Assembly: GCF_006345805.1 (NCBI RefSeq)
Contig: NC_043007.1
Span: 4,092,001-4,156,000 of the forward strand
Reading direction: 5' to 3'
Length of the DNA stretch: 64,000 bases
Origin: Octopus sinensis
Taxonomy: Eukaryota
Position 1 is the first letter of the stretch. Each line of letters begins with the position of its first letter. The notes below the pieces were generated by a model. It did not search any database, was not told where the DNA came from, and saw only the letters and a program-made list of their open reading frames with translations. Below, one piece after another: positions 1 through 13,297 of the stretch. Both the position numbers and the translations under genes were made by a program.

Positions 1-551
1 CGTTTTTAATTAGAGAACTATAGACAGCCTCTCTAACCAGCACCCAGTTCCCTAACTAATTAGAGAACAAATGAAGACTTTGTTTCCTCTTTCTAAACAG
101 ACTCTTGCTGACTCTTTCTTTACCCCTCTATGTTTTATTAGGAAGGTCTAGAAGACCCCTCATTGATTAAATACAGAAGAAATTGGGTGTTAAGATAAAG
201 GTCACAGGTTTACTAGTTAAAGAGAGATTGAGAGAGAGAGAAAAAGAGTGTATTATCTTCCTCTTTCCCTCTCTAGAGAAGAGAGACAGGGGAGGATCAT
301 CTCTCTTTTTCACTTTCCCTTTTTTAACCACCAATTCTGTGACTGTTTCATGTTCCCTCTTCTCTGTTTTTGACATTTTGGTGTCAAACCTCTTCAAGGA
401 AGCAGTCAACTGTTATATGGAGTTATTATATTGGCTGAACAGCCCTATATAAAGTTGCCATTCAGCCTGCTGATTTTCCAGCTAGTATGATATTGAACCC
501 CCATCTCCCAGCACCCCAGATAGCTAATCATAAGCCTAATATTTTACCAAA

Positions 552-587
552 GACCACTCCTATCTGTCTGACCACTCCTATCTGTCT
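552..587. repeat. Perfect 18-bp tandem duplication
   Basis: GACCACTCCTATCTGTCT occurs twice back to back (552-569, 570-587). Confidence 0.9.
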
Positions 588-1837
588 GTCTAGACTCCCA
601 ATGACCCATCAACTCACTCTGTTTATAAAGCTCTACAACCAGATATATCAAACACTTATCCATGAAACTAGTCTGAGAGTCTTTCTGTACCCAGATCTAA
701 GCACCTTAAGAAACCATCCAATCAGCAAATATTTACTCACTCCTTCTATGAAGCTTTACCAATCAGCAAATATTTTATCACACCCCTTTTGAAGTTTATC
801 CAATCACCTGCCACTGTATCTAGTCACCTCTCAGAACATCCATCAAATTTTTCATTCATCTTAAACTTCCATGTAGTCCAGCATTCCACCTAGATAGCCA
901 TTCATTCATGCAGTTACATTCCTACCATTCTAACTAACCACCCACCTAACTATCCATATATTCACATAGTCATCCAGTTATGTATCTAACCAATTCGTCG
1001 GTTACCACAAACTCTACCTCACCACGTCTCTCCCTTGCATTTTGATGGTTAGAAATATTGGTGGCAGTGTTTAGTAATGGATATGGTAGTATTGGTGGCA
1101 GTGATTATAATAAAGGTGTTGTCTAATGTCTGCCTGTCAAACAACAAAGAAAATAGAAATACCTTTTACTGCCGCTGCTGCTGTTGGTTTTATTGTTGTT
1201 GTACCACCACGAAATTAGTTCCCATTCTGTCTAATTAAATCATCCCACTTCAAGATCCTCAAGTGCCATTTCCATGCTATTCATTTGAGGATGACAAGGT
1301 AACGAAGTAATGAAACACACACCAATTACACAGAGCCACAGCAAAGCTTTGGGCCTTGCTTTAAGATTAGGAATAAAGGTGCATGACATAGAACTGTCTT
1401 CGATTTAGAGGATAATTACAGGTATGGGAACATTCTTGATTCATGACATGCAGTTTGCCAAGTTTCCTGCCAGGTTTATTTGCTTATTTATTCATGGTAT
1501 GAGTGGAAGGGTATACTTTCAGCATATTTTGGGTTGTCAGATAAATATGTTCATTCCCTGCCCACCACCATTTATTTTAATCCTTATTTTTTTCTATCAG
1601 CAGTTTAAAAAAAAAAAAGCAGACAATGATATTACGGAGATGTACTTGTATAGCAAGTGACCTGATCTAATATCGTGTGCTGGAACAAAAACAATTGCAG
1701 CATGGAAGGTGTTTATAAGCCATTTAAGAAACACACAAAAACCGTTAGAATCACTTCAACATTTAAATTTAATTTGTCAAAATATTGTCATCGCTTTGAA
1801 ATCACGACCTGTTCACTGACAAAATTCCGTACTGCAT

Positions 1838-2070
1838 ATATTTTTTGTCATTGTCTATCACTTCTTGCCAACTTTTTACTAGCTTGTCAATGTTTTGATA
1901 GTAGAAATGTATTGGTAGCCTTGATTTGAAGAATTCATTCAGCCACTTTTACTGCTCCATATCATTGTTGAATAAAATGCCTTGCAGACTGATGGGGACA
2001 ACCCAAAAAGTTGATAATGTGAAAGTACCATATCTCAAGAATGCAACAATTACTGTGGAACTTCCCAACT
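1838..2070 (-). mobile_element. Tc1/mariner transposase C-terminal remnant (decayed)
   Basis: Manual minus-strand translation gives WEV...HS*DMVLSHYQLF (the mariner YSPDLAPSDYHLF motif), then after a frameshift FNNDMEQ*KWLNEFFKSRLPIHFYYQNIDKLVKSWQEVIDNDKKY, matching the mariner C-terminal pattern WL.EFF.SK...FY..GI.KL..RW..V.D..G.Y. Confidence 0.8.
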
Positions 2071-2473
2071 GAGCCCATGCTATTTTGTTTTTCAAATTAG
2101 AAATTTACTTCTACTATTACTACTACTACTTGAATTGTAATAAACTGAAGCCTTCTATTATTTTCAAGAGAAAAGCATTGATGCTTCACAAATCCACGAA
2201 GATAATTTTTTGGTGAAAAGTCTTCTCCTTGTTCATTCTTCTGGCTTTCACTTGGAATGGTCTTTTCTTTCTCCTTTCCCACCTTCTGTATTGTCTCCAA
2301 CAGACTTTCACTCCTGCATACTGTTCATGTTCCCATTAATGAAAGACATTGAGGTGGCACTACTGGTTGTGGCTAGGAAAAAAAGGGCTCTGATTGCTGA
2401 CTTCTTGCTCTGGGATGAGGTGACTTCTTTGATTGTCTTTAGGGTTGCAGCTGGTGGTAAGGCTGGTGGTATT

Positions 2474-2688
2474 CTTTTCTACTCTAGGCACAAGGCCCAA
2501 AATATTTTTGGGAGGGAGCCAATCACTTAGATCAACCATAGTACACAACTGGTACTTAATTTATCGCTCCCGAAAAGATGAAAGGCAAAGTCGACTTCAG
2601 TTGAATTTGAACTCAGAACATAAAGATAGATGAAATACTGCTAAGCATTTCGCCTGGTGTGCTAACATTTCTGCCGGCTCACCGCCTT
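2474..2688 (-). mobile_element. tRNA-derived SINE, family A (tail type 1), with 17-bp TSD
   Basis: Minus strand has a tRNA-like head (GGCGGTGAGCCGGCAGAAATGTTAGC...GAGTTCAAATT) and the core GTCGACTTTGCCTTTCATC...GATAAATTAAGTACC. Perfect direct repeat GTAAGGCTGGTGGTATT at 2457-2473 and 2689-2705. Homologous copies recur in the window. Confidence 0.85.
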
Positions 2689-2767
2689 GTAAGGCTGGTG
2701 GTATTGTTGGGACAGCAGCCTCTATCTGGGACATTCCGTTGTCATTGCACTTTCTTTTACTATCCAC

Positions 2768-2770
<3 letters not shown>

Positions 2771-2818
<48 letters not shown>
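2771..2818. repeat. (TC)n microsatellite
   Basis: Uninterrupted TC dinucleotide run. Confidence 0.95.
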
Positions 2819-2821
<3 letters not shown>

Positions 2822-4029
2822 TTTCTATTTTCATTTTGTTGGGGCAGAAAAACCTCAAGTGACCTACCACAATACTACAGCTATGCTGTTTTCCTTGCAC
2901 TACCAATCTCATTACTTTTGATTCTGTGGAAGTGTAGTTTTCATTCTGTGTACTCAAAACTTGACTATATTGCTCTAGAAAAGGAACAATGAGCCAAGAG
3001 TCCAATGTTATAACAAATGCTGCAGATTGTCATACTTGTATTATAGTGGCCCATATATTGTGATATGAGCATATGGCGGCTTTGTGTCATACCAAACTGG
3101 CCTGTTGTATCACCTTATGCTTAGTGTTAAAGATCCAGTAAACACCCCCATATATTTTGCTGTGGGTGATGAAAATCACAAATTTCATCACTTAGTGGTT
3201 CCTTGCAATTATTATTTTAAATGTATTTGAAAACCAGTTCCATTTCTAATTATGCAGAGGTATTTTACCTTATTTTTGCCTGATCCTCTCTCTCTGTTGC
3301 TCGATCAAGAAGGATCTGTCTCTCATAACCTAGTTGTTCTGAATCTCTTTTGCTTTGGGCCACATGTAACTTGCCACACTAGAAAAACTCATTTTGTTTT
3401 CTGTAAGTTAATTATTTATTATTTGTCATTTTTGCTATATCTACTTAACGAATGCTATTTGTTCATTTTTTTTTTAACTTGGTATCAATAAACTTTGTAT
3501 ATGTGTCTGAGGGATGGAACTGTTAATATTCGTTAGTACCACTGTGGCAAACACATCTCACTGCCTCTCCATAAGATGAAGCTGTGTTTAACTACAAGTG
3601 AGCAAAACAGTTGCAAAATATAAAATGCAAAAATGCTCTAAGTTAGATCTTATTATTCTATCTGAAGGTAATTGGAACAGGTAATGAAACATTCCAAATT
3701 CTACAAGGAAAATTATCCAAAGGAAGCAATTTTTTCTATTAAATACAAGTATAGTAAATTCCAATTTTTCTTTGGAATCAATTATTGGAGCAATAAAAGT
3801 AAGGCCAAAGAAATTCAAAACTCAGAGTAACGGTGAAAATTGCAGTAATGAATGCAATAAATTTATAAGTAGCTCACCAAGAGAATGTGGGATGCCTTGT
3901 GGCATGTTCAATTCAAAAAATAATAATGGGTATGTTTGGGTGCACCAAGTTTCTGTATTAGTAGGGCATGCAAACAAACAGAAGGCAAGGAAAAAGTATG
4001 AGATGCCTATCATTTCTTTGAGTTCAAGT

Positions 4030-4700
4030 TCATAGTTCTTTGCAAAAGAAACATTTGCTTACTATATGAATAACACTTTCCTCTTTTGATTTACACAACA
4101 TGCATTGTGAATCTATCTGGTTTTTGTCTAGCTTGGCTTTTAACAAATTAATCCTCTATGCTTGATCTTGTGCTGCTACTAACACATTCTGTTTCACTTT
4201 TCAGCTTCCCTTTTTGCAACCATAGCCATGTCTCACTATTACTATTTCCTGGAATTGTTTTGGGGAATCTACTATGCAAAGCCATCTCTTGCCAGTCAGA
4301 TAATCATTCTTCTTTTTTGCTGGTTTTTAACTTCATTTTTGGTTTCCCCTGTGTACTACTGTGACTCTAGCAGCTCTTAATAAACTGTCGTCACCATTAT
4401 CCACATAGCAGTCTATATCTATTCTAGCTAACTCCACGTATTCTTCTACTGATATTAACTCTTTACCACCTTCCTTTCCAGGTAAGTGTAATCTTGCTAC
4501 TCCTGCTCTTGGATGAGGTTCTCCATTCATATTGAATTCCTTCCTAGTTCTTCTGTTTTGATTTGTTAATTCAGATTTTGTCCAATTTACAAAAGCTGCT
4601 GAATTTTTAAGTAGCAATACTGCCCAAGTATTTATAGCCTTTATTAGCTTCCTCACCATTCTGATGTACTCCTTCTCAATTTCTCCTTTCATTTTTATAG
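4030..4700 (-). mobile_element. R4/Dong-clade non-LTR retrotransposon remnant (RT thumb to CCHC zinc knuckle)
   Basis: ORF 4333-4752 gives KAINTWAV...NWTKSEL...HPRAGVARLHLPGKEGGKELISVE (cf. KAINTWAVP...HPKADVDRLYLPRKEGGRGL). Downstream frames give WLWLQKGKLKSETE, VAAQDQA and CMLCKSKEESVIHIVSKC. Confidence 0.85.
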
Positions 4701-5154
4701 TTAATACCCTGTCAGATTCTAATATTATTATTATCATCATCATCATCATCATTATTGAATTTTACCCCGAGAGATTTGGATTATTATCAAGTTTACAGGA
4801 GGAATTTTCAATCTTAGATTACTTGGCAAACATGGTGGGGATGGCTGTGCAATCTTTGTGATACGTGAACACTTGTGTCTCAATACCTGGGATAGACAAA
4901 ATGTCTGTCTTTTAGATATAATTTTATTTTTCTGAATAACTTTTCTTGCATTTTACCAATACAGTTTCTATTGGAGGAGCAGTAGTAGGTAGAAAAGAAA
5001 GGAAGTAGCTCTGCATAAAGCCTCCATTCGTGAAAGTGTTGATACAAATTTTGAATATATCAAAATGCATTAAAAAAAAAGAAAACAGAACTTTAAAACA
5101 ATGAACGGAGAAAATAATACCCAAAGAAAGAGATACTTGAAAGCACAGACAATC

Positions 5155-5500
5155 AAAATTTGACATCCAAAAACACAAATCTGTACACAAATATAAGCCA
5201 AAATATTGAAAACATTAGCATCAATGCAATCTTTCGCTATATTAACAAACATTCTGACAACTTCTTCATCAACATTACAAGCCATAAGAAAGGTTTTGAG
5301 ACGTACTGAGTGAAAGAAAGATGTATTACAATATTATGTAACAAATATATCTTCTTGCCAGGGAAATTCTTCCAAAAGTAGATAAAGTGGAAGCTGATAT
5401 GCCTCTACCTTGAGAAGGTACAAGGGGGCTGCTATATATCCTAAAAAGAACACTAAAAGGGATATCTGGGTTATGTATGGCATGATGTCTACTTCATTGA
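5155..5500 (+). mobile_element. Possible Penelope-like RT remnant (very decayed)
   Basis: With a frameshift the sequence reads FDI...NLYTNIS...AIFRYINKH, similar to the PLE motif FDV.SLYTNIP...AI.YW. A later YLEK...HDVYFI is only weakly similar. Confidence 0.3.
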
Positions 5501-7184
5501 TAGGGTATATGAAACTGTGTACCCATTTTCCAAAACTGAGAATGAGACAAGAAAGCGATCCTATCAGCTGCCGTTATGGTGCATGGTGTGATACGGCTTG
5601 AGAGTTACAGCAAGGGAAATTCATGGCAACATTGACTTGTGACTCCTTGTTTGTCACTTTTGCGACACAGTATAGGCAGGATAGGGTTTATATGAACATA
5701 TAAGTCCTGGTGATCTCCAAAGACCAAGATAATACTAGAGATGTGTCCTATTATGAATTCTGAGAGAAATGTCATAAAACTGGATGCAAAGTAGAAACCT
5801 TGGCTCTTAAATGCATGGCAGTCAGAATCACTTGAGAGCTTTTTGTCCAGGGGCGTTAAGAAGGCAAGGAAAGGGAGAAAGTGGATAACAGCAGAGACAG
5901 TAATGCCAGTAGCAAGGGTATCAACAACAGCAGAAGCAGTGGCAACAATACCAGCAGAAGCTGTAGTAAGGAATCATCAACAACAGCAACAACAACAATG
6001 TTGGAAACATCAGAAACCTCAGCTGTGAGGAAAATGGAAGAAATCACCTTGTCCTCAGTACCAATGACCAGGCCTCCCTTCTCCCAGGCTACAATCAGGT
6101 GCATTCTTCCCTGTTGACTTCTGATGATAAAGAGGAGACAGAGGATAAAGAAAAGAGGAAAATTATCATTGCTTAGTGGAAATGAAAAAATGACATCACG
6201 GACTGCATAGAAGAGTGAAAATGATATGTGATGAGAAGCCCATCTCACCTTAAAACTCCATTAAGTTTACTGTACTTGAATAACCAACAAAAGACAGGTG
6301 AATATTTTGAATGGCATACAGAGATGGAGGACAAGATGAAATGCAGAGTGAGATGACAGACTTTAACTATTTTATAACATGGATTCTGTACATGTCACCT
6401 TAGTGTTGTGTACTAATACACTGTGATATATTGTACCACAGAACGGAGTAGGCACCAACTGTCTCTGCTTGATGTATTCCCAAATACTTTGCCAGCAACT
6501 GTAACCAATCCAAAACAACTCTCAACAAACTGTAACAATTTCTCAACAACTTCCTGCAATTCTACAAACTCATCAACAACACCTTTCGACTTCCTGTCAT
6601 TTCTCATCTTTCACTGTCAGTTAAACATGCCGCTACTTATATGAGCTTGGTAGTCCATTCTCACAGGAGGATTCTAACCATAACAAACAAGTAACAAGTT
6701 ACTATTTAAAACTGTTCTTGAAGTTTATAGGTGTTAAGAGGACATGAACCCTTTCTCACCCATTCCAACATACCAAAGTTGCTCTGAACAGTTTGGGTTC
6801 ATATTTCTGAAATTAAGGGAAATGGAAAGTGGTTAGGTGGGTTGTGGGGTGCCATGATCAAGCCCAGTGGAGGCTTCTCATTTGTGTGTAGTGGGTTATT
6901 TATGTTTGTTTAGCATTTTATTTACATAATTTATTAAACAATGTATTTATGTATTTCATTTATTATTTGTGTTATTTAAAGAAACATTGTCCCAATTGTA
7001 TGTTTTTGCTCCACATCTTGCCACCCATCTACCTTGCACCTGTCCATCCCTCCCTCCCCCTTTTTTAACCACAACTACAAATTTAAGCTGTACTAAAGAT
7101 TTAGGTTTGAAAAACAGCAACAAACTAAGAAACAAATCCAGTCAGGCATCTCTATCTTTTCAGGCATATATAAATGTGATCCAC

Positions 7185-7300
7185 AGACACACAGATGCAT
7201 GCACACACACAGGCATGCTCACATGTGTGTGCACACGCACACACACACACATGCATGCACACACACACATGCGCGTGCATGCACACACACGTACACGCAC
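7185..7300. repeat. Imperfect (CA)n/(CATG) repeat
   Basis: Runs of ACAC interspersed with GCAT/GCAC. Confidence 0.85.
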
Positions 7301-7429
7301 CTCAAGCAGACTTCTACTGAAACGTGTTCCAGCATTGGTCACTTGTCTTTATAATAAGTGCATCCAGAGTCATATCATCCAATGTGCTCATTTATCAGAC
7401 AATGGTATGTAATTTGAGGGACATTTAGA

Positions 7430-8330
7430 AGCAGTTTCTTGCAGGTTGTTCCTACCATCTTCAAACTAGTTCCTGTAGGTAACTGCATAGATCCCATGGA
7501 TTTCTTGTATGTATGATGGTGTTGATGGGCCCCAAGCTAGCCTTAAGGAGACTCCTGATCCCAGCCTTTTGTAGTATATCCTTGACTATTTTATCCAGTG
7601 TGTACTTAATTTGTTTTTGTTTTTATGATGCTAGGTTGTTATTTGAGGATATTTGGTTGCCACTTCTAACAGGTTGAGTTATTTTTGTAGAAGCTTTCTC
7701 GTTGATTCATTTTTGATTGTGGTGTTGTTGAATTCTAGAAACTCTAATTTGGTCGCCTGGTGGAAGTGATTCAAATAGGATTTTTAAAAAAGTTTATGTA
7801 AATGTTTTTCATTTGTTTAATGATACTAGGGTGAGCACTGAGATTATGAGCAGATAGGTGAAGGAGAGCAAGGGGTTCATTTGCTACATGGTTAAAATGC
7901 TTAGATATGAGGAGCAGAAAGAGATATCTGGAGAGGAATGTTTTTAGTTAGTTCAATGTGGCAGTGGTGTGGGGTTGTTTAAAGGACATTTAGTTATGAT
8001 ACTATTGGCCATTCTCTTTTATGTTACATGTACTATTTTCCTACCAGGATGCAAAGTGTACATTGAATTTCTTCCCAGTGATGGCATTTAGGTATGTGTG
8101 AAGTTGTTAGAATGTGGAGCTAATGGCTGATGAGGTTGGTGGTGCTGTGTCTCAGTTTATTATATAACATTTTTCATTTTGCTGGATTTTATCAAGAATA
8201 TTTGCATTTTTTAGAGTATTGTCACACTGTGTGGAGGGTGTGCACATTTGATTTATATGTACTACGCGAATTTCATGTTAAGAAGCCTCACTGTTTTGAC
8301 CTTACCTGCTTTAATAGTATTTAATTAGGG
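7430..8330 (-). mobile_element. Decayed LINE ORF2 N-terminus (APE endonuclease), possibly I/Ingi/Nimb group
   Basis: Minus frames give ITGKKFNVHFASW (cf. GDFNAHH.LW), SSPDISFCSS and LSAHPSIIK (cf. SDH.PII) in the expected order, with many stops. Confidence 0.5.
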
Positions 8331-11265
8331 CTTGAAGAGTCCTGTTTTTGATAACTAATTTGTTTCCTGTATCATTGCTATAAAGTGGTTTTTTTTTTTT
8401 GGTTGCATGAAAGTGATTTTCACATCATTAGTGTTGTATTGTAGTATATTAAATGTGTGTTATATGGTGTATATTGGCTACTTTTATGTACGTTTGTGTG
8501 ATACCCTTTTTTTGCGGGGGGTGTATGTTAATTGTTTTTTATTTTTATTATTGTAGTAGGTTCATCAAGATCATTGTTGGATGCCAGTGGTTTAAAGATT
8601 TTCAAAGAAACATAAGTGATACTTCTAATGCTTAGTGATTCTGTGTATGTTTAGGTGAAAGTTTGGGTTTGCCATCTGTGTATAAATAGAAGCGTTACCG
8701 TTTCTACTGTCTCTTTCATGCGCAGTTATTACCTTTGAATTTTCCTAACTTAATAATGATTTATAACTTTTTTTATTTTCTTTCCTTCACCAGACAAGCA
8801 AGCATTCAGTGCGACCACCCTGTAAATATGTAGGTTGGAGTGTATTCTTTTGTTAGTGTGTGTGTGTGAGTGAATGAGTGTGCATACATGCATCCATGCA
8901 CGTGTGTCTCAAAAGACACAAACCGTTCTGCTCTAAAAAGACAGTAGGAAGATATACTGAGGTGAATGCGGGGATTGTTGATACTTGATGGGTTGAGTAA
9001 GGCTCTGTAATACAGCATCCCTGTAGTTTATCCTAACTGGCTGCACTGGCAGGTTCTATAACCTAATTGTCTCTAACTCTGTCTTTTTAGCTTTCTAGTC
9101 AGCATCTTTTCTTTTCACCTTTCCATTTCACTGTCTGACCTCCCTCTCAGAATCTGATATCTGATACAGCCTGTGCCCACTTTAATGCCACTCCCTCCTT
9201 TGTTCCCTTGTCTCTTTTTAAGGTTAGGTTGGTGGGAGGAAAAACGAGATTATGGATGAAGACAGTTTGTGAACAATGACTTACTGTTGTTGTGAGCCGT
9301 TTAATTATAGTGTAAATGCTTTTTGCTTTTAAATTTAGATACTCTTTTTATGTCGTCTCAGTGATGGGCAAGTCAGGGTTGATTCTTAAATGTTTGTTTG
9401 CAGTTTTAAGAGTGTGTGTTTTTGTACGGATTTACACATTTTTTATATTTTCTGTTATCCAATTCTTGAGCCAGGAATGGGGAGGTAGGAGGTGAGTATA
9501 GTGGGACTACTAAGACAGTGTGTGGCTTGGGGGGGGGGTGCTTGCTTGTTATTGTTACTTTCTGTCTTTTTTCCTCCCCTAGCACAGATAATGTACACAC
9601 ACTGTCAAACATACATACTCAAACACAGACACATACACAAAACACACAGTGATACACTCATACATGACTCACACATGCTCTCCCTCTCTCTTTCTCTCTC
9701 ACACACACATGCACATACAAAAAAATGCATGCATGCAGATACAGGGGTGCATAATGGCTGTGTGGTTACGAATTCAGCCTTGCATCTCTGTGGTTCATTC
9801 CCACTTTATAGCTACTTGAACAAGTGTTTTCTACTGCAGTTCTTGTCTTGTAAGTGCAAGTTAGAAGATAGACACTGTATATATTAGTGAAAGATTACTG
9901 ATAAATCAGTATTTTGAACAAAAATATCATGTGATGCTTACCTTTTTTAAAAAGTGGTCAATAAAATTAATAGTAGATGAAGTATTGGGACCAATGTAAT
10001 TAAAATGACTAAAGGAATACTGTTGTTTGCCCACAGTCCAAAGACTAAAACCAGCAACAAATTAAAAGAATGATTATATGAATAACAACATGCATATCAC
10101 TCTTATAATAGATGCTGTTGAGTATTTATATATTTTGTGTCACACAAATATAGGGTTACTGGAGTTATTTCCCTTGGTTATTATACACCCTTTCCATTTT
10201 TGGCATAATTTGAAAATGTGATCCTCTGGCTACTGATCATGCTTTCATGTTAATATTGACTTTTCTTGCCAAAAGTTTTTTTAACAAGAAGCCATTCTGA
10301 CATATGAAGGTTATAGTGCTGTTCCGTAATGAAATTCCATCTTTTCTCATGCATTCCTATCAAGTAATACCAAATGCAGAATTCCCTTATACCAGTCACT
10401 GTGTTTTATTGAATAAGAGGATCCAGTATTGCATAAGTGTGTGTGTGTGTGTGTGTGTGTATTTAAGCATCTGAAAACTTGTTCTCATTTGCTATCTGTT
10501 CTCTTTTCCTTCATATAAATACATATATTGATACATGTATACATATATTTTAGGCAAATTTTTTTCTGGTTTGGTGAAATCATTTGGAAGAATCCCATAT
10601 TCTGTTGTGTGGTGATTACTGAAAAAAGTAGCTTCTGTCCAAACTTGATCTAACTTTTTTCTTAACATTTGTTCTTCAAATTAACTCTTTAATACTCTAT
10701 GTAACTAAGTAACTACTAACTTTCCAATTATTTTTTGTGTGAATGACATCTCTGAGTCATTTAATTTCCAAATGTGTCTATTTTTTGAGATAATAAGTGT
10801 ACACTCTTGAACATTTAATTTGTGATATATTCATAACTACTTCAGTAAGCATGGTGAAAACTGAACTTTGCTAATGAGGTCAGAATAATACTAAAACAAT
10901 GCCTGAAGTTGTTTCTCATGCTTGTAATAAAAATTTTTTTAATCATATTTTTGTTGATTAACATTCTTTTTCACATCACAACTTTATTTCTGGCGAAACT
11001 TTTCATGCTTTAACTGTAAATTTATAAAGAATAGGAAGATAAATACACTACATGTCAACAAAAATCATGTATAGATATGTATCCTGCAAAATGGAAAATA
11101 GTACCAACATTAACAAAGAGTTGTAGCCTCTCTACAAAGGGTTACTGTAGCATGGTATCACATTCAGAAGACTATACCTTTGAAATTTTGGAACAAAAGA
11201 TTACTGTGATATATCATCCCTCAAATAAAAGGAATATTCCTTTTGCATATACATGATATGTGGCT

Positions 11266-11852
11266 GAGACCTTTGGGGATATACTGTGCATGAGAAAACC
11301 TGGCAAGCCAAGTGAGATTGTAGCCGTGGCCGATAACAGTGTCGCATAACTGGTCTATTTAAAAGTATCCCTTCAATCGTCAGGCAATATGCTGTGCTTG
11401 AGGAGACCTGTTGAGCCAAGTGAAATCGTAGTCCTGGTCAATGCCAATGCCACCTGACTGGCACCCATGCTAGTGGCATGTAAAAAGGACCTTTCGAGTA
11501 TAGCCAATGCCAGTGCTGCCTGACTGGCTCCTGTGCCAGTGGCATGTAAAAAGCACCATTTGAATGTGGCGGATGCCATGCCACTTGACTGGCACCCATG
11601 CTGGTGGAACACAAAAGGTTCCATTCGAGGGTGACCAATGCCAGTGCTGCCTGACTAGCTTCCATTCTGGTGACATGTAAAAATCGCCCACTACACTCTG
11701 AGTGGTTGGCATTAGGAAAGGCATTCAGCTGTAGATCAGCTCACATTGGAATCTAGTGCAGCCTCCCAGCTTGCCTGTCCTCAGTCAAACTGTCCAACTC
11801 ATGCCAGCATGGAAAGTGGACATTAAACGATGCTGATGATGATGATTATGAT
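11266..11852 (+). mobile_element. RTE LINE 3' end with internal tandem array and (GAT)n tail
   Basis: ORF2-end peptide RDLWGYTVHEKTWQAK* appears twice in variant form. It is followed by four ~63-66 bp units, the tail GGTTGGCATTAGGAAAGGCATTCAGCTGTAG...CCAACTCATGCCAGCATGGAAAGTGGACATTAAACGATG and GAT repeats. Confidence 0.8.
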
Positions 11853-11857
11853 ACAAG

Positions 11858-11894
<37 letters not shown>

Positions 11895-11896
<2 letters not shown>

Positions 11897-12330
11897 TGTA
11901 TGAGTACAAGACGTTACCAACTGTAAACAACATGAAGTACGAAAACAAGCGAGTTAAATATGCAAACAACAAGAGGAAAAAATTGAAAACAGGACAAGTA
12001 ACACAAAGAACGACCCTTCATCAGTTGTTGGCTGTCTCTCTACTGCTCATTTCGAGCATTCATTGACAATATGAGTCTTCAAAGACATTTGCTCCAATAA
12101 AATCTAAAATAAATTTTGAATTTTATGGAGGATCAAAGTTGGGGACAAAAACAGGACAGTGGAGACATACAAAGAAACCAAATGAAGGCAAACATGGAGA
12201 GTCATTAGACCAAAATGAGGGAAAAATAGTGAACACTGGAAGAAATATAAGAAAACTGTACCATGTTTCTGTGTAGGAAGTAACAAGGGTATTGTGTTCA
12301 GCTTCCTGAAATTTCATCAAGTTCCTGTGA
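11895..12330. mobile_element. Unclassified interspersed-repeat-like segment
   Basis: CpG-retaining block directly after a (TA)n run with no usable ORF. It resembles Penelope-associated terminal repeats only from recollection. Confidence 0.3.
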
Positions 12331-12764
12331 AGTATGATTTTGTGAAAATAATATACAAACTACTGAAGGATTACTTCAGGGAAGGTGTCACAAATGCTTG
12401 TGATATACAGTTTGTTTTGATCTCCCAATGCAAGAAACTCTGGTAGAACTTACTCATCAAAATGTTCACCAGATACAAACTTACTATACACTCAACTTAA
12501 TTATTTAGGAAGAAAAGAGAAAAGTTTCAATGTAGTGACAATTAGCTGTCCAGTAGATGCGACCATCTAATATTTAATTAGCAAAAGAACATTTATTACA
12601 AGTTGCTGCTAAATTTACACTGATTGTTTCTTGAATATACAATTAAGATGAAATACTAAAAATTTTCCAAGCTTTTTTTTCTTTTATTTGAATACAGCTT
12701 TAATCCCTGTCATCATCATCATCATTGTTGCCATCGTCATCATCATCATCATCATCATCTTTAG

Positions 12765-12945
12765 CTTGATCAGTTGGCAGAATTATTAGGGTGTCAGAGA
12801 AAATGCTTGACTGCATTTTGTCCAATTCTTTATGTCTTGACTTCAAATCCAACTGCATTTATCCTTTTGAGATCTTTAAAATAAGGTACCAGTCAAGTGC
12901 TGGGATCAATGGTAGCAATTAAACTCCTCCCCTCAAAATTGAATT
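12765..12945 (+). mobile_element. Degenerate family A SINE
   Basis: TTGGCAGAATTATTAG...AAATGCTT...CTTCAAATCC...ATCCTTTTGAG...AATAAGGTACCAG aligns by eye to the 2474-2688 family. Confidence 0.55.
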
Positions 12946-13297
12946 AGCAGCCACCACAACCATGACCACCACCTCCAGCATCATCATCATCATCATTCTC
13001 CCACAAAAGTGGATGGATATATCAAGTTTAACTTTTAGTCACTCACGAGCACTTCTAGGCTTCATCACTAATTCAGTTCTCAACCAAATTGAATGCAGCT
13101 TTTTTAGCATTGATGGTTGGGTCCTAAACTTCATTTTGAGATAAAGTAATTGAAATTTGGTTTGTTAGAAAAAAAAAAAGTTTGGTAAAAAAAAGCAAGG
13201 TCAAAAATGGGAGAGTAAGGTGAAAAATTGACTTTGAATCAAAGAATCACAGTTTTTTTTTGAAAGAAAATTAAGAAGAACTGGAAAAGGTGTTAAA

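Noticed and set aside
2097-2470. Overlapping 60-106 aa ORFs next to the mariner remnant
   Set aside because: No recognisable motif, stops in all consistent frames, and partly extending into a SINE.
5843-6120. Ser/Thr/Gln-rich ORFs resembling mucin or polyQ proteins
   Set aside because: Degenerate CAA/CAG triplet DNA with short ORFs in several frames and no splice or homology support.
11437-11700. Regular repeat array with palindromic units, superficially CRISPR-like
   Set aside because: The units are contiguous diverged tandem copies without unique spacers, they lie inside an RTE 3' UTR, the context is eukaryotic, and there are no cas genes.
12000-12090. Minus-strand CTGATGAAG plus nearby CGAAA as a second hammerhead
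   Set aside because: The GAAA lies upstream in its own hairpin (TGCTC-GAAAT-GAGCA), and no stem II/GAAA follows the CTGATGA box, so the topology cannot be built.
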